In this document: piece after piece, positions 61,860 to 64,000 of the stretch
Numbering within the stretch: the first letter of the stretch is position 1
How the letters are laid out: every line of letters begins with the position of its first letter
Source: Microbotryum violaceum
Taxonomy: Eukaryota
DNA: 64,000 nucleotides
Direction: 5' to 3'
Assembly (NCBI GenBank): GCA_001244265.2
Contig: CDLV01000009.1
Span: 310,001 to 374,000 of the forward strand
Notes under the pieces: generated by a model
Database searches by the model: none
The model's input: only the letters and a program-made list of their open reading frames with translations
Told to the model about the DNA's origin: nothing
Translations under genes and position numbers: made by a program

Positions 61860-62683
61860 CGAGGTCCCCATTAGGAATACGCAGTATTGTTCGCTTGAGA
61901 ATGCGCCAGCCGTTCGGCAAGACGCAGTTGATCGGGGTAGTATGAACTAGTATTCCTGCTGGCGTGAGTACGTAAACGCGGAAGTAGCATCAGCCCGCAC
62001 ATGGTCGCCGCAAAGACCCATCGTCGAATCGGGTGGGTGGACGTCATCCGGTAGAGATGCCTAAGGACTGAGCCTCCGCTGCATACCATTCCCCACGGGT
62101 GCTCTTCAGCTCCATGAAAGCGAACACCTCGTTCAGCGTACAATAGTCCGCCAGCTTGAGCCCAGTTCTCGCCTCAATCGCCTCGATCTCCTGCTTTGTT
62201 ATGGCCCACCTCCTCAGCTTATCCGCTGCCGCTCCATGCGGGAACAGTTGCGAAAGAGTATTCACTCGAAAGAGGTGAACGACGTCGGGGCAGTTGTCGT
62301 TGGACGGGACCTGACCAGCGGAGGTGGGAAAGGGAACTTGAGAGTTGCAGCAGACCACGACTTTGGTTTGGCTGGACACTTGAGTATCGAAATGTCCGTA
62401 ACATAAGTTGTGTGCTGCCGGGTTCAAAGAAAGAGTACATTGCAGGCGCATGTTTTACCCCGCGTAAAACGTCAGCAACGAAGATCTTGAAACCATCCTC
62501 CGAACCCCACTTCTGGCCCGCCGACCATTGGACCCCTACCGCCAGCGCGTCGAGTTCGCTGTCGTCTGAGATGATGTAGGCTTTCAAGGCCTCTGACCGT
62601 AGCACAAGCCCTTTGGTGTCGTGTTCGAGACGAGAAGCAGCGCGCCACTTGAGGTTTGTGTTGTGATCGAATGCCACCATCAC
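61860..62683 (-). pseudogene. Second, inverted copy of the same FunK1-like fragment, with extra 5' sequence
   Basis: 61860-62481 is a near-identical reverse complement of 61163-61756; several frameshifts. Confidence 0.55.
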
Positions 62684-62906
62684 AGTGGCGTAAGGACGCG
62701 GTCTCGACCTCGGCAGGGGTCGCGGCGGCGGCGGCACGGAGTCGGAGTAGTTGGACGACGACTAGAGTCAGCGGCTGGGCCTCCGAATGAACTCCAAGAC
62801 ACGCTGAATCGAAGCACTACAATGCCACTGCTCGGCGGATTCACTGGCAGAGTATGTAGAGGAGTGGCACAGACGAGGGGTCCAGGCTTAGGGCGTCGTT
62901 AAAAGA

Positions 62907-62993
62907 ACCGCGACTGATGACCGCGACTGATGTACTGATGTACTGATGACCGCGACGGTGACCGCGGCCGCGATGATGACCGCGACGATGACC
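62907..62993. repeat. Degenerate tandem repeat of GACCGCGA(CT)GAT and GTACTGAT units
   Basis: Read directly from the sequence. Confidence 0.8.
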
Positions 62994-64000
62994 ACTGCGG
63001 TCCAACGGCCTGTTAAGCCCAGCGTTAATTGGAAGCAGTGTTTACTCTGACAGGCAGATGGTTCGACAGAATACGTGCCCAGAAATTCGAATGTGTAATC
63101 AAGTGAGCCGAAAGAGCGCGAGCAATGGAGCGTGGCTGAGCGCTGAGGCCGAGGCTTGAGCCTTGAAGCTTGGCGCTTCCACCGCCTCGAGGTAAGCGTG
63201 TGAGCGCACGCGCCCCTGAAGGTTTGTCTGCTTACATAGACGCATCAGACCACGCTTGTGCCGCTTTCTAAGGACCCAACAGCATCGCTCGGAGAAGCGA
63301 TCAGACTGAATCCTCGATCCGGCTCACACTGGGAAATTATTCCCCCACAGTCAGCAAAAAGCGCCCATGGTAGTGGCGAGTCTCCCCGAGGACTCGAGCC
63401 GAACATGTCGCACGGAGGACAACTGAGCTTCGTGCTCCGTGCTCCGACTCGGTGAACCGCACAGCCAGTAATCGTCGACGTTCCCCACGCATGCCGTTTC
63501 TGCCTTCACGTGTGCAACCCGGGCCGCGCATCGCCCAAGCTGCCCAAAGATTGACGGAGGAGTCTGAGCATCAAACAAGTCGCGATCGGAGCGCGCTAAG
63601 GGAAACTCGGGAGTCACTCGACTTGAAAAACCTACCCCGCCGGGTTATATGAGTCTAACAGGGTTACCCAGAAGGTCGATTACATAATATATTAAAGTGA
63701 ATTCAGAATGGGAAAATCAACAATCTCAGCCGGTTCTTTCTCTCGGCCACTGGCAATGATTGTGATTTAGGCATTGCACGAGACCGCCGACCGAAATTCG
63801 ATCTCGGACGATTCGCGACGATTCGCGCCGCGACTTGTCTTGCCACTCAACAACTCTACATCTTGCTCTCCCCTGTCCCCTAGCCTTTCACACCTCAACT
63901 CTCGATTAACCAGTGAGTACTAGACTCATCCCCTCTCTGCACTTGTGGTTCTGCACTGATCGCCACCCATGACTCTTGCCTCCCATCTCGGCGACCTTTC

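Noticed and set aside
63900-64000. Possible gene start (GTGAGT donor at ~63913, ATG at 63969)
   Set aside because: Too little sequence at the window edge to support a call.

Overview
Gene-dense, intron-rich, GC-rich fungal DNA, most consistent with a basidiomycete yeast (Pucciniomycotina/Microbotryomycetes-like; inferred from intron style and gene content). It holds about 25 spliced protein-coding genes: CPD1-like, glutaredoxin-like, ZCCHC8-like, Nup42-like, SKI8, USP36/42-like, SDR, PPIL4, RAD14, SNRNP40, ANT1, UGO1, two GT32 paralogs, Rab11, a MYND protein, PIN4, two alpha/beta hydrolases, an ACS-MFS transporter, an ILV3-like DHAD, SWR1, uL13m, PP4 and citrate synthase. There is also an intron-containing tRNA-Tyr and two accessory zones (41.1-47.8 kb, 61.1-63.0 kb), each built on a long convergent inverted duplication. 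Main oddities: (1) a 3,056-bp Copia-derived element with intact protease+integrase, no recognisable RT/RNase H, no LTR pair, 8-bp inverted termini and a perfect 5-bp TSD; (2) a same-strand overlapping gene pair sharing an intron (possible bicistron); (3) two pseudogene palindromes; (4) GT32 paralogs lacking the DxD motif; (5) a DHAD with no visible mitochondrial presequence beside a transporter and a hydrolase. All family calls come from motif recognition by eye and exon boundaries were inferred manually; no searches were run.
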